A stretch of 64,000 bases of DNA from positions 310,001 through 374,000 of the forward strand of contig QPGO01000050.1 in assembly GCA_008632985.1 (NCBI GenBank). The letters run 5' to 3'. Both the position numbers and the translations under genes were made by a program. Position 1 is the stretch's first letter. Every line of letters starts with the position of its first letter. A model generated the notes under the pieces. That model had not been told where the DNA came from. It saw only the letters and a program-made list of their open reading frames with translations, and ran no database searches. Below, in pieces: positions 24,989-36,669 of the stretch. The stretch comes from Psammoneis japonica (taxonomy: Eukaryota).

Positions 24989-25894
24989 TTAGCAACTGCT
25001 AATAAGGCCACCTTCAGGATCCAACAAAACTTCGTATCCACCACTGCACGGGTTTTGGAAGTCGCCTGGGGCCGTCCAGAACACAGTGCCTGCACGGTCC
25101 GCAAATTGAGAAAGACTCTTGTCCAAGGTTCCGGTGTAGAGCCGTAACGTGTCTTCGTCCTCGTACAGATAGCAATCACCTCCATCACTTCGGCGGCTGT
25201 TGGAGCTCCAATAAACGGTTGGGTACTCTGGAAAATCTGCTTGGTCCATACCACGGAACTGGACAAGATTGCAATCATACTGAAGAAGCAGGGTGTGCGG
25301 GACCCAGATGCAATCGCCATTCACATCACACGGTAAGCACACATTCACGTGCATCATTTCACCTCTCTGAAGAAAGTTAGAAATGCCCGGGTTTCCTCCT
25401 AGTCCGCCCCGGTGGTTGTTTGTCCATACCATGTACTCTTCGCGGCGGATCTTGAGAATACATTCTTCATTGATCACCAGCTTGTAGTTCCTCGCTGGTG
25501 GAGTGACTAAGTCGTCTAGGGCTTCGGGGTCTCCATTATTCGAGGTGTACACGACGTCACCGTTTCCACGACGTATCTCCAAACTTCCATCATTTTCGTT
25601 GAGCTCCGCATGGTACGATCCTGCGCCCCCTGCTTTCGTGTGCCATGCCACATTGTAGAACTGGTAGTCTGGGTTTGGGGCGACAAGTCTTCGTACAACA
25701 AAATTGCCGTCCTCCTGCAAATGGACCTTGCAACGATTTTGGTGATACGTTCGCCTTTCCCTCATTTCAAATCTTTCGCGCCCCGACAAGATGACAGCCT
25801 CACTCGAATGAAAGGACAAACCGTGCGTGTCGGGATCAGGTGCGTATGCCTTGTGAAGGGAGAAGAGAAGCAGGAGTGCTTTTGGTAGAATCAT
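24989..25894 (-). CDS. Secreted protein with bulb-type (B-lectin-like) repeats
   Basis: Signal peptide; LQEDGNFVV and LQYDCNLVQF resemble the QxDxNxVxY lectin motif, each followed by W-x-[ST]. Confidence 0.7.
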   Translation of the reverse strand: MILPKALLLLFSLHKAYAPDPDTHGLSFHSSEAVILSGRERFEMRERRTYHQNRCKVHLQEDGNFVVRRLVAPNPDYQFYNVAWHTKAGGAGSYHAELNENDGSLEIRRGNGDVVYTSNNGDPEALDDLVTPPARNYKLVINEECILKIRREEYMVWTNNHRGGLGGNPGISNFLQRGEMMHVNVCLPCDVNGDCIWVPHTLLLQYDCNLVQFRGMDQADFPEYPTVYWSSNSRRSDGGDCYLYEDEDTLRLYTGTLDKSLSQFADRAGTVFWTAPGDFQNPCSGGYEVLLDPEGGLISSC

Positions 25895-27015
25895 AGTTAA
25901 GGACTTTGTTTGGTCTTGGTGTGTTTCAGTGGAAAAAGTATTTTATGGGGTCGGTTGGAAGGGGGGGAATGGTCGGGCTTCTCGTTCCGTAATCGCCGAA
26001 ATCGCGATAAAAAATCAATCACGCTGGAATGTTCGTGGGAGTCACGACAGATATGGGACAGAAAATTCTGCTACAGCCCTTCAGCGAGCAAGAATTTGAT
26101 CGGGCTTATGGCAGAGTCTCTCGCGTTTCCGAGTCCCACTTCTGAACGCGAAGCCAATCATCAAGAACGGGATGCGAACACTCGTGAACTGCCCCACATG
26201 TTTCTCCTGACAACTTTGCGCATGTATTGCTCTCCTTCGTAAGAAACACCTGCAATTGTGAAAGCTCTACTAGATGCACACGATCATTGTCAGCCGAAGA
26301 GGCGTGCTTCTATGGTTTCAACGTAGAACATGTTGGTGCCCAGCCATTCATTGGCATCAATTGGCTAATTGCGGAAAGAACTTAGTATACTCCAACGGTG
26401 TTTGCCAATGAAAGCGATGAAGTTGATCCTCGAGATGCTCCACATCATGCACCGTCGACCCAAAGGTATTTGTCAACTTTCCAAGAAAGCCGCAGGGGCT
26501 CGAGTTCATCTAGCTTGCCTTTACTGTCAACATCTCCGTCGATGAACAAGGTGACTGGCATATAGAGATGCTCCGCAGCCACAACTAGCAATCGCAAACT
26601 AGGCCAAGCTCGGGATGCAACATAACCTCGTGAAATGATCGATTCTTTGCTTTGGTTTTCGTGTGTCTTGGTTGAGGATGCTTTATGGGGCGGACGAAGC
26701 AAAGGTTTTCTCGTATGATGATTCTTCGTTGTCTTTCAAAGCGGGACGTTCGCGTGCATTTCGTGTTATATACTTGATCGTGTGAAGTTACATCATTCGT
26801 GCCGTGCCCCGCTTTAATATACTACCGAAAGGCCAGCAGACGCTACTGCAGTCGCCCATATGCTTGCACAAGAATTACCAATCGTACTTGGCACCAAAGG
26901 GCAGCGCAAAAATACCGATAGAGACACGCTGGCTTCGATACCTTAGTACTCTTTCCGACGGCATTCGCCTCCTAATGACATACGACATGCTCGAGTGATG
27001 AGTGCCGCCTCACAA

Positions 27016-28445
27016 TCATGACAATGACGCGAAGAAGTCGTCCAATTCTTCCGTCGCGTCTTGCACAATTTGTTGCTCATCCTTTCCAGCGGGAGCACCC
27101 GAGACTGGCGCATGTGACGACGAGCTGCGGCCCAAATCGGTGTCGAGCTTGTCCTTCTTATCCGTTGTCGAGGCTGGACCGTAGTATGACGAGTCTCCCG
27201 TATCAGTTGTAGTTGCACCACCATTCTTCGCAGAAGTACCTTGTTTAGCTTTGTATTCTGGATCTGCGGGTTCGACCTTTAGGACACTGCCACATGGCAG
27301 CTGTGCTCCGGTCATCTGCCATTACAAGATCGGTGAGGCTTCTCATACGTACGGACGGCACGGGAAAATAAACAAATACGCAGGAATTCCGCGATCACAG
27401 TACAAACGACGAAGAATCATCTGAAGTGATACACGCAGACTGCGGCAGGATCGCATCCTCTGTTCAAGTCCTGATCATCAATCTCCACCTAACTCACCTG
27501 AGAACATACCGTATCCAGAAATACCTGTCGTTTCTCCTTCGCTTCGTCTGCAGCTTCCAACCATTCGTAGACGACGAGTGCGTCACCCTTGAGTTGTCCC
27601 GTTGACTTGTTTCTGTATAAGTGCACCTTGAGAATTGTCCCGTACGCTGCAAACAAATCCCTGAGCGCGTTTGCCGTCATTGATCCATCCACAGGAAGAC
27701 CTGATAAATAAATAGCTAGGGATGAATCGTGATGCTTTCTTTGCTGCTGCTCTTTACGTTCCAATTTATTTCGCCGAGTAGTTCCAATCCCAGCCTTGGA
27801 GGATGCAATTGCTTTTTTCTGCAGCTCTTGACGCTGTTGTAATATTATAGAGTGGCTTTGATGCAATTGAGCTTCCACCTGTCGTGATTGCTGAATCTGT
27901 TGCAATTGCAGTTGTAAACGTTCTTCTTCTCGCCTTGCGACATGGGAAAAATTCTTCATCATGGCCTTGTGCAGTCGTTTGCGTTCTTCTTCAAAGTGCC
28001 GTTCACGGCGTTGCCTGTATTCAAACGGCGCTATTGTGCAAGTTTCAGATTCGTTACTGTCGACTTGGGAAGCAGCTTGTTGCTGCTGCTGTAACTGAAA
28101 CTTCTTGACTATTGCTCGTGCCTTGGCCATTGCCTGTTGTGCGGCATCGGCGGTACTTGGAATTGATGTGGGCGGAGGTTGCAGATCTGAAGGCTGGGGA
28201 GGAGGCATTTTTTCTTGTTGCATGGCCGATATAAATTGCGGCGGAGCGTCGGGCGCTACTGAATCATCTGGAACATGCTCCTGCATCAATTGTTGTTCAC
28301 CATGAAAGTCAAGACACTGCTGTAAGTAATGCTTCATCAACGCGTCGGTGGTGGCGCTGCTGCTGCTGTCGTTGTCAGAGGAAGGTATGTTCGAGTTGGC
28401 TGGCGAAGAAAAGCCCAGCCCAAACAATGGCGCCCCATCTTCCAT
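27016..28445 (-). CDS. RRM protein, Tat-SF1/HTATSF1-like RRM; exons 28445-27498 and 27315-27016
   Basis: IYLSGLP, KVHLYRNKSTGQLKGDALVVY, and the splice VCSQ|MTGAQLPCGSVLKVEPA via gtgagt...cag. Confidence 0.85.
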
Positions 28446-29035
28446 TGTTAACAGGAGAAAGAATGGATGCGTATGGCGACTAATGAGCGAAGTTCTTTAC
28501 GTAACACACCGAATGCGTTGCGGCAGAGGAGAAAGCTTGGATGAAAGAGCGAATCATCATCATCGCATCGCATCGATTGATTTTCGCGGCGCGGGCGGGA
28601 TCGATCTGGGTACGGTAGGATGCAGGGCAGACAGACGGAAAAATTGAAATCCGGCGGCGCGGCCGACTGACCGGCATTTTCTCGAAAAAGATGGACTCGT
28701 TGACGCTGTTGACCGTCGTGAGAAGCACTCTGAACTCTGACTCTCGTGTCTCAGGGACACACCAGTCAACATTGAATGGCAGGAAGAAAGTGTTTTGCAA
28801 GAGTCTCGAGTCAACTTGCCCGTCATCGCTGAGCATCACACACACTCCACTTGATTGACACTGAAACTGCATGCACGGTCAGTGCAAGAAGAACAGCACA
28901 CAGTGTTCCTGAGCATGTGCCAACCAGCTGGTGAGCCCATCATGTTACATTGCAGTGCTGCAGTCAGCAGCTGTGAGGAGAATGTCATGAGATGATGACT
29001 CTCTCCAACAAGGAAGAAAGGCGCACAAAGAGAGA

Positions 29036-29425
29036 GACGCGTTCCAGGTCTAGGTGGGACCTCGCACTACTGAACTGTGACATCGATGGTTTTTTGAGTC
29101 TCGTCGTATGTCGCGCACGTAGATTTCTACGTGATTTTTTTGATATTTTGTGTCATTTTACGGTACACTTATTGAGTGATCCGTGTAACAACTTTTGACA
29201 TTTTTTGTTACAGCGCGATTCTACAATGTCTTAAGAATCGCGTAGGGCAGGCGAAGTTGCAAAAACGTCGAGTGGTAAGAGGCATAATTGTACCACAAAC
29301 TTGGCCGTTTATTTGATGTTGAAGATAAATATATCCATTAATTAAATTCTCGTACTACGGAGCTCGCACGTAGAATTCTACGGGCCCAATGTCACACGGA
29401 GTCCCACCTAGGGCTGGAACGCGTC
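29036..29425. repeat. Inverted repeat pair (25 bp, 2 mismatches) with further patchy inward symmetry; MITE-like or two facing TE ends
   Basis: gacgcgttccaggtctaggtgggac (29036-29060) vs reverse complement of 29401-29425, gacgcgttccagccctaggtgggac. Confidence 0.7.
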
Positions 29426-31297
29426 GAGAGGGGCACACCCGCTGTTCTGTGTTTCCCAGCTGATGTGGGCAGGTTCTTGAGGTTGTCCCATGCCAACAGA
29501 CCTGGGCAATCTCTTTCAGACAAAAAAGTTGATGAGAGTGCTGGGTGGCCACATGGGCCATCCAGGATTTTGAGTGCGTGCTGTTTTGCTCTCATGAGGA
29601 CGAGACGACACAGGTGCAAGTCCGCGCACTTTCCCAAGTCCTCCCAAGGCGCAGCAGTGATGAACCCTGCAACCCTGCAAAACACCTCAACTTCAACCTT
29701 CAAAAAGCTCCATGGGCAGTGCATGGCATGGAACAAAACAGCTGAGCTGTGCACAAAAGTGCAGAGCAAGCAGCGTGTGTGGACATTTGCCCTGCCCAGC
29801 ACTGCCTCACCTCGTGAGAGAAGAAGGCCCAAAACTGGTGACAAACAATGCCAGGAGAGCAACCAAGCAAAACAAAACCAGTGTTGCTTCTTTGCCAAGC
29901 TTGCTGATGTGTGCAAGAACAAGTGCACCCATTTGCCAGTGTGTCACCTGCTGACTGAGACTCTGTGCTGGGCAACAAGAAGCTGCCCCCAAGAACTTGG
30001 CCAAGAAATTCTTCCAATGGCCATCATCTGGACAGCTGCCACATTTGGGAAGAAGAACCACAAGTCAAGCTCAGTGCAAACTTTGGCAGCTTTTCTCCCT
30101 CCCACAGTGTGTGCCCCCACACACCGGGTGCATCAAAGGCAGCAAGTTGATGCCACCAATGACTTTGGCAACCCAGCGGTCACAGCTGTCTGCAGCGCTG
30201 ACTGTGACACAGAGGACACAGATCTCTTGCTCTTGTTTTCCATGTGGGTGGTGATGTCTGTGCATGTGCAAGCTTGTTGAGCCACTGTGGAACACTTGAG
30301 TCAACAAGTCTGGGGCATCATTTTGGCCAAGAAACAAAGAGCCAGAAAAAGTCTCCAGCACAGAGCACTTTGCCTTTTGTTTGAGCCATTGACCGCAGCT
30401 TCAAAGCAGGAGGCAAGGGTTGAGCACTTTCCCACTTTCTTTGGTTGGTGTGCTCCTGCTTGATTCATTTGTGTTTTGTGGAGTGAGGGCAGCATCATCA
30501 AAAGTGAGCATCTTGCCTTGCCGCCACCTGACACGCAATGTTGGTGGTGGTTGCATGGTCCTCAAAGCACACAAGCTTGTTGCAAAAGACACCATCAAAA
30601 TGAAAGCTGTCCCCTTGTCATCTCCTCACTCTCAAAGCTGCCCCTCTTGCTGCTCTTGTCTGTGGGCATGCCACATTTCTGTGCAAGCACCCACTGGCAG
30701 CCCCTCCTGCACGCGTGTTTCTGTGTGTGCTTTTGCACTGAATTTCAGACGGCATTTTGCTGGGGGCCCCCGACACCCTTTTGGCCCTTTCTGCCATTGG
30801 TGCACCCCCTCATTTCACCATGATGTGCCACAATTTTCAGTCAAAAACAACTGGCATCGACGCCTTGTGGTGTTGCATGCTTGTTGTCTTGTTTGGCAAT
30901 TTTTTGCAGATTCAGTGCAGTTTTTACACAGAATCCAGTGCAAATTCTGCAAGCTTCTTCAGAAATGTCCAATGACAATCATGACATCTTACAATTTCTT
31001 TTGCTCCTTCTGGACACTGTCAAGTTCTTCACCTCATGTGGTGACAGCACTGTCCCTTTGGCAGCGGGCAGACATGCTGTTCGCGAATCATGCACGCATC
31101 ATCTTCTTCGCGTGTCATTCTGGATTCTGGAATTTGACATTGTGGCATGCACAATGATGCGGCTTCCGGAGCCGCTCGTCGCTCGTCCTTTTATCAACGC
31201 ACATGGGTTGCATCTCTAGAGAGAATCAAAGGCAGCACAATGCCCTCTCTTCACATTTTGTCTTCATGAAGCACAAACTGCGACAAGTGAGCACTTG

Positions 31298-32994
31298 ACT
31301 CAGAACACTGTACACTGCCCAACGAGTGCGGGAGGTTCTCAACAACCCAAGAGGCAAAGAAATTGCCACTCGGCCAATTGTTGAGTCCCTTCTCCGCACA
31401 CACATTTGGGCATGTGTTGTGCACAGCATCATCACACAGCATTCATCCAACTCTCCCTCTCGTCGCAGGATGGGGTGTCGCCTTGGGGCGCATCCGCACG
31501 GCGGACTTACGAATTTGACCATGCACTCCCTCTGATGGGCAGGATGGGTGGCGCCATGTGGCGCATCCGGCCAAGGGAGGAGTGGGTTCGAAGCCCAACC
31601 GCCCACCCCGGATGGGGTTGGAAAGGGGCAGGCCGAGAAAGAAAAGGAGGCTTGGATTTGAGGCCGACTCGAGCCAGCGACCTCAGGAAGCGTAAAGACT
31701 CACAACCACTCAGAATGCTGTACACTGCCCAACGAGTGCGGGAGGTTCTCAACAACCCAAGAGGCAAAGAAATTGCCACTCGGCCAATTGTTGAGTCCCT
31801 TCTCCGCACACACATTTAGGCATGTGTTGTGCACAGCATCATCACACAGCATTTGTCCAACTCTCCCTCTCGTCGCAGGATGGGGTGTCGCCTTGGGGCG
31901 CATCCGCACGGCGGACTTGCGAATTTGACCATGCACTCCCTCTGATGGGCAGGATGGGCAGCGCCATGTGGCGCATCCGGCCAAGGGAGGAGTGGGTTCG
32001 AAGCCCAACCGCCCACCCCGGATGGGGTTGGAAAGGGGCAGGCCGAGAAAGAAAAGGAGGCTTGGATTTGAGGCCGACTCGAGCCAGCGACCTCAGGAAG
32101 TGTAAAGACTCACAACCACTCAGAACACTGCACACTGCCCAACGAGTGCGGGAGGTTCTCAACAACCCAAGAGGCAAAGAAATTGCCACTCGGCTGATTG
32201 TTGAGTCCCTTCTCCGCACACACATTTGGGCATGTGTTGTGCACAGCATCATCACACAGCATTTGTCCAACTCTCCCTCTCGTCGCAGGATGGGGCATTG
32301 CCTTGGGGCGCATCCACACGGCGGACTTACGAATTTGACCATGCACTCCCTCTGATGGGCAGGATGGGTAGCGCCATGTGGCGCATCCGGCCAAGGGAGG
32401 AGTGGGTTCGAAGCCCAACCGCCCACCCCGGATGGGGTTGGAAAGGGGCAGGCCGAGAAAGAAAAGGAGGCTTGGATTTGAGGCCGACGACTCGAACCAG
32501 CGACCTCAGGAAGCGTAAAGACTCATAACCACTCAGAATGCTGCACACTGCCCAACGAGTGCGGGAGGTTCTCAACAACCCAAGAGGCAAAGAAATTGCC
32601 ACTCGGCCAATTGTTGAGTCCCTTCTCCGCACACACATTTAGGCATGTGTTGTGCACAGCATCATCACACAGCATTTATCCAACTCTCCCTCTCGTCGCA
32701 GGATGGGTTGTCGCCATGTGGCGCATCCGCACGGCGGACTTACGAAATTTTGACCATGCACTCCCTCTGATGGGCAGGCGGATGGGTCAGCGCCATGTGG
32801 CGCATCCGGCCAATGCCAAGGGAGGAGTGGGTTCGAAGCACTCAGAATGCTGCACACTGCCTGACGAGCACGGGAGGTTCTCAACAACCCAAGAGGCAAA
32901 GAAATTACCACTCGGCTAATTGTTGAGTCCCTTCTCCGCACACACATTCAGGCATGTGTTGTGCACAGCATCATCACACAGCATTTGTCCAACT
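31298..32994. repeat. Tandem array of a 410-bp unit (starts 31298, 31708, 32118, 32531, partial 32840)
   Basis: Near-identical units beginning actcagaa(ca/tg)ctg(ta/ca)cactgccc; the 4th unit is internally deleted (309 bp). Confidence 0.97.
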
Positions 32995-34696
32995 GCTTGC
33001 GATCGCGGGAGTTTGATGCTGTTTTCTTCTTGCAGTTCTTTGCGCTGTACGCTCTGCTGTGCTGGCATTTTCAGTCGCCCATTGAAATGCAAGGGGAACA
33101 AACAAAGGTTTCCACCAAACCCACTGCGAATGGAACAGCTTCCGCCTCATCCAGCACTTTGTTTCAATGTCGTCAAGCAAAATGATTCTTGGCCAGTGCA
33201 TCAACAGGACTTGGTCGCATGGGAGAGGTCCCTTGAAGCCTTTGATGGGACAAAATGGTGTCTTCTGCCACGACCTTGTCCCTTGGAAACAAGTGGACGA
33301 TTGAATCTTCCTCTGCAAAACACGTCACATTTGCCTTTCAGACACCAAAAAAATGTTGCGGCGGCCAATGTCTCCAACAACGTGAATTGTCTCGCACCTG
33401 CAACTCGTGGTGAATGTCCACGGCGGAACAATTTTGTCATGACCGACATGACAACAAGTCGACATGATGCGCATTACACACCGAGGCGGTGCCGAGCCAG
33501 CCACACACTGCAACACTCACTTGATTTGCCGACCCAAACCAACCTTTCAATGTCGGGTTTGACGCGATTGTGTGCACAGCAACACGAAGCATCGTCGGTC
33601 TGGCATCGAACAAGTCAAGAGGCACCGCCACAATGTGTGGCAGAGAGTTTGCCACAATGGCTCCGAAGCTCTGTCAGAACGTCCCAGCCACCGCCATTGC
33701 CAAACAAAGACAGCGAACCGGCATTGTCACCCGGAATGTCGGCGCCACCACCACGCCACCAGACACTTGTTGCGACCGCCAGCCAACAATGATTGTTGCC
33801 ATCCAATGGAAAACATTTCAACCATGTGATACAAGTCAGACAATGCCATCATTCCAACGTGAAAGAGATGCGAAAATTCAAGCCTTCGGACAGCTAAACT
33901 TGGTACAGCGTTGAAAGAAGTCTCTGAGAGAGAAAGAGTAATCTTGTGACGCGTCCGCGGTCTTCTCGCGCACTCGCAGCAACAGGGAGTCTGAGAATGA
34001 AGTGCACTAAATCAACTACAATCGAATGTAGACATAGCCGATTTTGCTAGAACAAGAACGCTGACGATTGGGATTCAGACATGGAGAGCTCGTTAGAAAG
34101 TGAGAAGGAATAAATGTACTCTGACTAAGACAATAGTTTTTCCGTACCAAAGAAGCTCGACGCAAGAAAGAGAGCTCCTGTGATCAAGGCATCCGTTCCG
34201 GCCAAAACAAGCTGACCTTGCGATGTCGAAGCAACCTACCAATGCCGATCCAGGACCTGCGCAGTCTGCAAATGATGGGATCTCCTGCGTCAACTAATTT
34301 GAGCAAGAAGAGTCCTTCAAAAGTGACTATCGAAGGTAGCGACTTCTCGCTCTGACGGAGACTTCCCCAAATTTTGCAGCGAAAAATGTGCGCCGTCATC
34401 GGTTCCCCCCGCGAGAAAGAAAGCCGCAGCAAAGATGGCGCCAGGAACCTTTGATGGAAGGCGGTTGTGTATCGCTCGAGTGACGATAGCAACGATTCTG
34501 GCCCTTCGGCAAGTCACTCGGATTCGTTGCCTGTCTCCTAATTAAATACCAGCATCTCGTGTTAGGGCCGGGCGCGGTCGACGGTGATTTATGCCTACAG
34601 TGTGGACATTGATAGCGTTGCCTCTGATTTTGAACGCATGGGATGACAACAATTAGTTCAGGAACACAAAGACCGACGACACGCACGAGAGATACT

Positions 34697-35495
34697 CAGC
34701 ATTTATATTCAGCATGTCGCTTGTAGCTACTTTGCCGCTCAAATCATTGTTGACTGGTTAGGGAGGGCAGTGTAGCCTTGGATGATTGAGCGTGGAACGC
34801 ATTCATTTGACGTTGACTTGAAGACATTACTTCTGTAGACAAGCGCGTTGGCCCATTTGCGCGACGCATTCATGAGATCGCCCTCAGAAACTTGATTCTT
34901 TTCTTTATTTTACGGAAAGCTGTAGTATCTCTCCAACAGATTGTACGAGATTTTGGTAATTTACCCTTTAAACAGGAGGCCCGGTTCTATTTTCGCCTGT
35001 TTTATCATGTACAGTACAGTAACCGCGACTGCTTCAGATTTTGCCACTACCTCGCAGATAACCTATCATTGCGATGTCTTCCGCCTATGTCTTTCACTAC
35101 GTTAGAGGCATGAGGGAACACGCTCCAGCGACATTCAGCATTTACGTTCAGCATGTCGCTGGCTACTATGCCACCCAAGTCATTGTTGACTGGTCAGGAA
35201 GGGCAATGTAGGCTTGAATAATTGGGCGTGAATAATCGCATCCAATAGACGTTGTTGACAACCGCGTTGACCCATTTGCGCGGCGTATTCATGGGATCGC
35301 CCACAGAAACTTGATTCTTTTGTTAATTTTACGGAAAGATCTAGTAGCTCTCCAACAGAGTGCAAGACATTTTGGTAGTTTACCCTTTCAACAGGAGGGC
35401 CGGTTCTATCATCCATTCGCATGTATTATCATGTACTGTACAGTAACCGCGACTGCTTCAGATTGAGCCACTACCTCGTAGATAACCTATTATTG
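34697..35495. repeat. Old diverged ~440-bp tandem duplication
   Basis: cagcattta..ttcagcatgtcgct..tcattgttgactggt..gatcgccc.cagaaacttgattcttt..tacagtaaccgcgactgcttcagatt..ccactacctcg.agataaccta at ~34697-35068 and ~35136-35490. Confidence 0.85.
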
Positions 35496-35575
35496 CAATC
35501 TCGGTCCTTCAGATAAGATTGAAAGAGGATACCCTCGAGTAGCTACCCGCGAAGGTCTCCCAATAACAAAGACGA

Positions 35576-36241
35576 TCAAAACCGTATTTTGGAAATAGTA
35601 ATTGGAACACCTTTGAATCTTTCATCATCGGGTGGTCCATCGAGTCCGAAAATGACTCTCCAGTAAAAGCCGCTTCCATACCAACCCAGCATGATACAGG
35701 GAAGCCACTCTCGGTGGACGAGACGTGCGGCAGCGACGGCTCCAGCACCAAATCCAATCGGCGGTTCAAAGATTAGTGGCAATGAAGTGCACTTGATGAT
35801 ACCTCTCAACATGACACCGTACAGCCAAACTAAGCGCGGTGTGTAACCCATACCAACGATTTTCCTTCGAAGTTCTGCACGAGTCGTGCGCTGCTTGACA
35901 ATTGCTCGTTCCCCCTCGTGTCGGATGCGATTGACAAGATCGGGATCTCGCACGGCCACCCACGAATTTGAATAGATGGACACGGATGCACCGCTTGAAT
36001 AATACAAAAACACCCCAAGTCGAAAGAGTCGAGCGTGTTTGTTCCAAAATCGTAAAAGATGCTCCCTGATTCGCACATGTCGAGGTGGAGGTGGAGGCGG
36101 AGATGTCACAACCGTTTTTTGTGCTGAAAAGTTTCCTAGCCGGTAGGGCACCTTCACGGGAGAGGAGGGAACGTTACAGTTCACCTGATGGCTTAGAAGG
36201 ATGAGACTAGTAAGGAATATCCTTGGAAATGAGACTGTCAT
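35576..36241 (-). CDS. Hypothetical membrane protein with signal peptide
   Basis: Intact 221-aa ATG ORF, hydrophobic N-terminus and TM-like segments. Confidence 0.65.
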   Translation of the reverse strand: MTVSFPRIFLTSLILLSHQVNCNVPSSPVKVPYRLGNFSAQKTVVTSPPPPPPRHVRIREHLLRFWNKHARLFRLGVFLYYSSGASVSIYSNSWVAVRDPDLVNRIRHEGERAIVKQRTTRAELRRKIVGMGYTPRLVWLYGVMLRGIIKCTSLPLIFEPPIGFGAGAVAAARLVHREWLPCIMLGWYGSGFYWRVIFGLDGPPDDERFKGVPITISKIRF

Positions 36242-36669
36242 GCTGTCATCAAGCTCAGAAACGTAAGCATGCGAATAAGGAAAAGTAAGCCAAAGATACT
36301 GCCGTCATCCGCCGTCATCATGGCGTGCAACGTGCCTCGTGCCTCGCGGCTCGCACCTCGCACCGTGAGTTGCGAGGTCTGAGGTCCAGACAAAAACCAT
36401 TGCCTGTGAGGTCGGACCTCGCGAAAAAAGCATTGGACCTCGTGGCGAACTCGCTCGCTATCTTCGACTCGGACGACTAAAACCAACCACGCACGCGTGC
36501 CTTTTGTTTTTTGGCGATGCACCAACCTGGGGCCCTACCGTTTGTGTGAGAATGAAGATGACAGAAAATCCATCAACACCCTCCTGTCACAACACATCAC
36601 TAACATTGCAGAACAAAAAGACGGTTTGAAATACACGATTTGGAATTTGATCGACTTAGTAGCGTTGAG

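Larger units (their letters stand above)
28740..33900. mobile_element. TpA-depleted hypermutated block 2 (TE remnants plus tandem array), with a TpA-normal island at ~29040-29410
   Basis: Near absence of TA; the 271-aa ORF 29465-30280 has no Tyr. Confidence 0.65.

Noticed and set aside
31555..31610. tRNA gene
   Set aside because: A/B-like boxes are too close and no anticodon arm or acceptor stem forms
31298..32994. CRISPR array or hammerhead retrozyme
   Set aside because: Units are 410 bp with no unique spacers and no cas genes; I found no CUGANGA...GAAA core by eye
34090..34690. Degraded coding fragments here and at ~19.8-20.8, 26.3-26.7, 39.9-40.5 and 62.6-63.5 kb
   Set aside because: They look like pseudogene debris, but I could not assign a family with confidence
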